From: Planctomycetota bacterium | GTDB lineage: Bacteria > Planctomycetota > UBA8108 > SXIK01 | NCBI GenBank assembly: GCA_965223265.1 | Contig: OZ244999.1 | Coordinates: forward strand, 5,280,001 to 5,344,000 | Length of the DNA: 64,000 bases | Direction: 5' to 3' | Shown here: positions 59,430 through 64,000 of the stretch, in pieces | Layout of the letters: the number at the start of each line of letters is the position of its first letter | How positions within the stretch are numbered: position 1 is the first letter of the stretch | The notes under the pieces: model-generated | Told to the model about the DNA's origin: nothing | Database searches by the model: none | The model's input: only the letters and a program-made list of their open reading frames with translations | Position numbers and translations under genes: made by a program

Positions 59430-61184
59430 ATGGCGCATCGACGAAAAAATCGAAAGCCAAGCTACGATGCCGTGAAGGCTTCGCGCAGCAGTGTGGAGGA
59501 TCCAGCGGAAAGCGACTCTCAGGAGTCGACGCGCCCGAAGCCGACGGCGTTCGATGCTGTTCGCGACAACGCAGAGGCGATCATCCTTGCGGTGATCCTG
59601 GCAGTGATCATCCGCCATTTTTCCGTTGAGGCATTTGAGATTCCCACAGGCTCGATGGCGCCGACCCTGTTCGGAATCCACGCCTGGACCGATTGCCCCA
59701 ATTGCGACACCCAGTACAACGTCGCGCTGCAGTCCGACTCGACGACGGGAAAGTTGTCGGTGGACTACGCCCCTGTGACGTTTTACGAAGGCAGCTGCAA
59801 AAACTCTGCATGCGGTATGACGAAACACTTTCGCGGCGTCGGAGGCGTGCCGCTGCGCAGCGGCGCGAACATCGTTTGCACGGCGTGTACGACCGAGTTC
59901 GCACCAGATCCGAGCACGAGCTTGCGGCGGGTGGCAGCTCGGGAATACGAGTCGCAGTGCCCGAGTTGCTGGTTTCGCTTTCGCGACGTTCTTCTGCAGG
60001 ACAACCGCACGGGTGGACACAAAATTCTCGTGTCGAAGTTTCCTTATACCCTGGGTAATCCGGAGCGCTGGGACGTGATCGTCTTCACATTCGACCGTTG
60101 GAAGAACTACATCAAGAGGCTGGTCGGCAAGCCAGGTGAGCGCGTCGACCTGTGGAACGGCGACGTCTACATCGACGGTAAGATCGAAAAGAAGTACCTC
60201 CATCCGTACGTCCAGGATGTCCTGTGGACGAGGATCGCAGACTCCAGCATTCCGGAGCGCAGGCTGCGAGACCACCCCCTGGCGTGGCAGGAAATCAGAG
60301 TCGGACAGGAGCCCGGCGCGCCACCAGCTGGTAAGCTCACCCAGTGGAACCAAGATTCACTCACGTGGAATGTCAATGCCGCGGACGAAGTCGCGGTGCT
60401 CCGGTATGGCCGGCGCTTTGATAACTACTACAACTACAATCTTCTGCGCGACACCCCAAGCAACTCCGAGCGCTATCAGGTAGGAGATAAGCGCGTCGAG
60501 TTTGCGGTCCGCCCGCTCGAAGTACCGTCGTCGATCACGCGTTCAAAGGAGATGGACGTCTCGTGGGTGGGCGCTGAGATCCGTGAGGGTGAGTTCACCT
60601 TTCAGCTGCGCCTGCCGGTCGGCAAGCAAGGAGGGAAGGACGGAGATGTCGCAGTGCTCGAACGCCTGCCGACGATCGTTTCCGGTTCGCCAGCCCCGCT
60701 GCGACGAGCTGCCGCTGACGAGACCTTGCGACAAACCAAACCGATCTCGCTGCCTGTCAACCGCAAGAGCGAAGTCGCACTCGAAATCCTCGACGATCGC
60801 GTCGCGGCCTACGTTGGCGGCGAGCTCATCCTGTCGATCGAATACGACAGTCTTTCCGGCATGAAGCCAAGCGAGCGACCACCTTCACCGACCCGCGACG
60901 TCAGCGCACACTCCCTCGACCTCATCGTCGCCGACAACCAAGTGGAATTCTCCGACGTGAGGGTTTACCGTGACATGTACTATATCGGGCGGGGAGAGAA
61001 CCCCTCGCTCATCAGTTCCGTTCAGCTCGGAGAAGACCAGTATTTCGCTTTGGGTGACAACGGCCCGTCCTCCTCAGACGGTCGCATGTGGCGACATGTC
61101 CCGGCGGACAACATGATGGGGAAGGCCTTCGCCGTCTTTTGGCCAGCATGGCCGACAAACTTTCAGTGCAAGTTCATTCGCTGA
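59430..61184 (+). CDS. lepB: Signal peptidase I with large insertions
   Basis: IPTGSMAPTL (Ser), YIKRLVG.PG (Lys), LGDN..SS.DGR; follows lepA. Confidence 0.9.
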   Translation: MAHRRKNRKPSYDAVKASRSSVEDPAESDSQESTRPKPTAFDAVRDNAEAIILAVILAVIIRHFSVEAFEIPTGSMAPTLFGIHAWTDCPNCDTQYNVALQSDSTTGKLSVDYAPVTFYEGSCKNSACGMTKHFRGVGGVPLRSGANIVCTACTTEFAPDPSTSLRRVAAREYESQCPSCWFRFRDVLLQDNRTGGHKILVSKFPYTLGNPERWDVIVFTFDRWKNYIKRLVGKPGERVDLWNGDVYIDGKIEKKYLHPYVQDVLWTRIADSSIPERRLRDHPLAWQEIRVGQEPGAPPAGKLTQWNQDSLTWNVNAADEVAVLRYGRRFDNYYNYNLLRDTPSNSERYQVGDKRVEFAVRPLEVPSSITRSKEMDVSWVGAEIREGEFTFQLRLPVGKQGGKDGDVAVLERLPTIVSGSPAPLRRAAADETLRQTKPISLPVNRKSEVALEILDDRVAAYVGGELILSIEYDSLSGMKPSERPPSPTRDVSAHSLDLIVADNQVEFSDVRVYRDMYYIGRGENPSLISSVQLGEDQYFALGDNGPSSSDGRMWRHVPADNMMGKAFAVFWPAWPTNFQCKFIR

Positions 61185-61224
61185 CGCAGTGTCGGCGGAA
61201 CGAAGAATTGAAGAGGAAACTGAC

Positions 61225-61998
61225 ATGTCGCAGGCACAAACCGAGACGGATTCGCTGGTCATCGACCCGCTCGAACTGCCGCTTCTCGAGGTCGACGGAC
61301 TCGTGAAAGAATACGGCGCACGGCGCGTCGTCAACGAAGTCAGCTTCACGGTCGGCCGTAGCGAAATCATCGGCCTGCTGGGGAAAAACGGCGCTGGAAA
61401 AACGACGACATTCCGCATGACGATCGGCATGATCGCCCCGGACGAAGGCTCGATCCGTTTCCAAGGCAAAGACGTCACGAAGCTGCCGATGTACAAACGC
61501 GCCCGCCTCGGCATGGGCTACCTGTCGCAGGAGCCCAGCGTCTTTCGTGGCTTGACCGTTGAGCAAAACCTCAATGCGATCTTAGAGACGACGCCACTCA
61601 ACTCGGCCGAGCGTGTTCGCAAACGAGACGAGCTCGTCGAAGAGTTCGGACTGGGAGCACTGCGCCACTCCAAAGCGGCGGTTCTCTCAGGCGGTGAAAA
61701 GCGCCGACTTGAGATCGCGCGCGCTCTCATCACTGACCCGAGTCTCATTCTGCTCGACGAACCCTTCAGCGGCGTCGATCCGATCGCCGTCAGCGACATC
61801 CAAGAGATCATCTTTGCACTGCGGGAACGTGGCATTGGCATCCTGGTGACCGACCACAACGTCCGTGAAACCCTCAATACGACAGACCGCTCGTTCATTA
61901 TCCTCGATGGCAGCATCATTGCGCACGGCGCGCGCGACGAGATCCTGTCCAATAGCAATGCCCGAAAGTACTATCTCGGTGAACGCTTCACGATGTGA
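61225..61998 (+). CDS. lptB: LPS export ABC ATPase
   Basis: GKNGAGKTT, MYKRARLGMGYL.QEPSVF, LDEPF.GVDP and TDHNVRE motifs. Confidence 0.93.
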   Translation: MSQAQTETDSLVIDPLELPLLEVDGLVKEYGARRVVNEVSFTVGRSEIIGLLGKNGAGKTTTFRMTIGMIAPDEGSIRFQGKDVTKLPMYKRARLGMGYLSQEPSVFRGLTVEQNLNAILETTPLNSAERVRKRDELVEEFGLGALRHSKAAVLSGGEKRRLEIARALITDPSLILLDEPFSGVDPIAVSDIQEIIFALRERGIGILVTDHNVRETLNTTDRSFIILDGSIIAHGARDEILSNSNARKYYLGERFTM

Positions 61999-62073
61999 GC
62001 AGGGATCGAGTGCCGCGGGCGACTTCTCACCCCCAAGAGACCGCACGAAGCAACGGAGACCTTCGAGTCAGAC

Positions 62074-62592
62074 ATGACCAAAGCGAAACGCCAACTCAGG
62101 GAACGCCAGCACGAGGTCGACCAGAAGCAGTCAAAGAACGTTTTGAGCCTCGAGTATTTCGTCACCGGGATCTCCAGTTGGCTGATCCCGGGTGCGGGGC
62201 ATTTCCTGCTCGGCTACCGTACTCGCGGCACGTTCATCGCGGTGATCGTCCTCGGCATCTTCTGGTACGGCGAAAGCGTGCTGGCCAACAACATGGCGGT
62301 GTGCCGCGCCTCGAGTCCATTCTTCTATGCGTGCCAGCTGGGAAATGGCCTCAGCACCATCGTGGCGGAGAATCTGTGGGGCGAACCGGGCTACCCAAAC
62401 AGCACCACCCAGCCACCGGACCCCAACATCCCGCCCGGATACCATCTTGGGATTCTGTTCACCACAGTCAGCGGCCTACTGAACATGCTAGCGGTTTTGC
62501 ACGTAATCGACCCCAAGACATGGCGCGCGGCGGGCGAGCGGGAAGCCACGCGTGAGACGACTCGGAACGGCCGCACGGAGGCAGATCAGTGA
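62074..62592 (+). CDS. Conserved membrane protein (DUF6677-like)
   Basis: SWLIPGAGHF.LG; G.LF..VSGLLN.LA..H motifs. Confidence 0.65.
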   Translation: MTKAKRQLRERQHEVDQKQSKNVLSLEYFVTGISSWLIPGAGHFLLGYRTRGTFIAVIVLGIFWYGESVLANNMAVCRASSPFFYACQLGNGLSTIVAENLWGEPGYPNSTTQPPDPNIPPGYHLGILFTTVSGLLNMLAVLHVIDPKTWRAAGEREATRETTRNGRTEADQ

Positions 62593-62783
62593 TGGTCTCG
62601 CTGGTCTCGTTCGTGGCGTATTTTCTCATCTTGACCGCCGCCGTGACGCTCGTAACAGCCCTGATCCGACTCGACCGTCCACAGCATATCGTAAGCGAAG
62701 CGGGACGCTTTCTCGTCAGCATCACGGTAGGGATCCTGCTTCTCTGCTTGATCGTTGCTGCACTCGAGTGGGTCTTCGTGTAG
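62589..62783 (+). CDS. Small 2-TM hypothetical protein
   Basis: 64 aa, overlaps the upstream stop codon. Confidence 0.6.
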   Translation: MMVSLVSFVAYFLILTAAVTLVTALIRLDRPQHIVSEAGRFLVSITVGILLLCLIVAALEWVFV

Positions 62784-62787
62784 TTAG

Positions 62788-62965
62788 CAGCCTGCCTGAA
62801 AAAGTGCTTCGAGCCGAAAACTGGTCTCTTCGCGTCCAGATCGGCCGCGGCAAACGCAGGTAATCTCCGAGCCCTCTTCTATAAGGTATACGGCGAGTAT
62901 TGACGCGGCCCGTCTGGGCGTGAAGAGGCCGGTTTCTCGGCCGAATGACTTTTTCAGGCGGGCTG
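62788..62965 (+). mobile_element. Repeat family A, full copy
   Basis: TTAG|CAGCC...GGCTG|TTAG. Confidence 0.9.
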
Positions 62966-63085
62966 TTAGGCAGCCCATCTTTGTCGCTGGACGCGGAGCG
63001 AGGAAAGGACTCGCAGCGCGTGGGCGGATAGACGCACCCGGGGTGTGGACTCGCAATCAGCTCGACCGCGAGCTAAAATCAGCAG

Positions 63086-63449
63086 GTTCCCCAGTAGAGG
63101 ACATGGTCGTGGCCCATGAGGGTCCTCACCGACTCGGGCCGAGGAAAGTCCGGACTTCGCAGGGTAGCGTGGTGGATAACGTCCACCGGAAGCGATTCTA
63201 GGGAAAGTGCCACAGAAAACATACCGCCAGGCGACTGGTAAGGGTGAAAAGGCGAGGTAAGAGCTCACCGCGAGGATGGTGACATTCTCGGCACGGTAAA
63301 CCCCACGCGAAGCAAGACCAAATAGGGAAGGAGAGGCGACCCGTCTCGCGCGACTTCGGTCACACACTTCCGGGTAGGTCGCTTAGATGAAGGACCATGC
63401 GGCGGCTTCTGCCGTTGAACAGGATCCGGCTTACGATCTGCTGGGGAAC
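63086..63449 (+). ncRNA. rnpB: RNase P RNA (type A-like, P18 apparently absent)
   Basis: GAGGAAAGTCC, AGTGCCACAGAAA, GGTAAACCCC, ACAGGATCCGGCTTA; P1 GTTCCCCAGTAGA/TCTGCTGGGGAAC; TAAAAT at 63074. Confidence 0.95.
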
Positions 63450-63489
63450 GTTTCTCACACCTCGGCGAATACAGCTCGCCACGGGATTC

Positions 63490-64000
63490 TCAGTCAGCCA
63501 GGTAGAGAAAGCGTGTGCACTGCGAGCACTGAACGATCTCGCCGAGCATGAGCTGATTGACGTTTTGAGGCGTCAACCGCATGTGGCAGCCGCGGCAGAT
63601 ACCGTCTTGCACCTCGGCAATTGCGAAGTTCTGATGGCGATCGAGCACACGTTCGTACAGCGCCAAATGTTCGCGATCAATGCCCTCGGTGTGTTGGGCC
63701 CGCTCTGTCTCCAACTGACTCAGCTGCCCGTCGAGCCCCTTCAAGAGCTCGGCCATCTCGGCTTCCTTACGAGCGAGGATTTCTTCAGCTTTGCGCTGGC
63801 TCGTCTCGGCAAGTTCAAGGCGCTCCTGGAGGTCGTCGATCTCTGAAAGTTTCGCGAGCACGTCCTCTTCGGCCTTTCCACGCTCCTCGATCTGTCGCTC
63901 GATCTGGTCAGTCATGACCTGATACTCAGCGTTCGACTTGCACTGGTTGCGTGCCCCCTTGATCTTATTGACCTCAGCGTCGTACTGCCGCACGTCAACC
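63490..64000 (-). CDS. Coiled-coil plus C4 zinc-ribbon protein (DUF164-like); 5' end outside the window
   Basis: CRGCHM...CSQCTRFLY. Confidence 0.85.
   Translation of the reverse strand, partial: VDVRQYDAEVNKIKGARNQCKSNAEYQVMTDQIERQIEERGKAEEDVLAKLSEIDDLQERLELAETSQRKAEEILARKEAEMAELLKGLDGQLSQLETERAQHTEGIDREHLALYERVLDRHQNFAIAEVQDGICRGCHMRLTPQNVNQLMLGEIVQCSQCTRFLYLAD

Noticed and set aside
62966-63367. 133-aa minus-strand ORF
   Set aside because: It is antisense to rnpB.

Overview
A GC-rich bacterial window, most likely from a Planctomycetota genome (inferred from the DUF1549/DUF1553-DUF1501 pair, PQQ-type propeller, planctomycete-style dockerins, ECF-sigma remnant and oversized LepB). From left to right it holds: a divergent cbb3-type oxidase operon without ccoP; secreted glycan/sulfate enzymes; two tRNA-Ser genes; phoBR-like genes plus a Rieske protein; an accessory block; more glycan enzymes; and a housekeeping block (tRNA-Ser, tadA, tRNA-Arg, scpB, PPIase, rph, rdgB, lepA, lepB, lptB, rnpB). 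The accessory block is the most striking part. It encodes a 1794-aa secreted protein with 14 FG-GAP repeats, a phospho-His domain followed by an ATP-grasp domain (the order and motifs seen in glucan-water dikinases) and a dockerin. Directly downstream lies a tandemly duplicated 4-gene cassette of three type IV minor-pilin-like proteins and a HEAT-repeat protein, and a LuxR/dockerin-only/TPR-like trio sits opposite. Two families of non-autonomous hairpin repeats, usually flanked by YTAG, are scattered through the intergenic DNA. All calls come from reading motifs by eye; no database searches were run.
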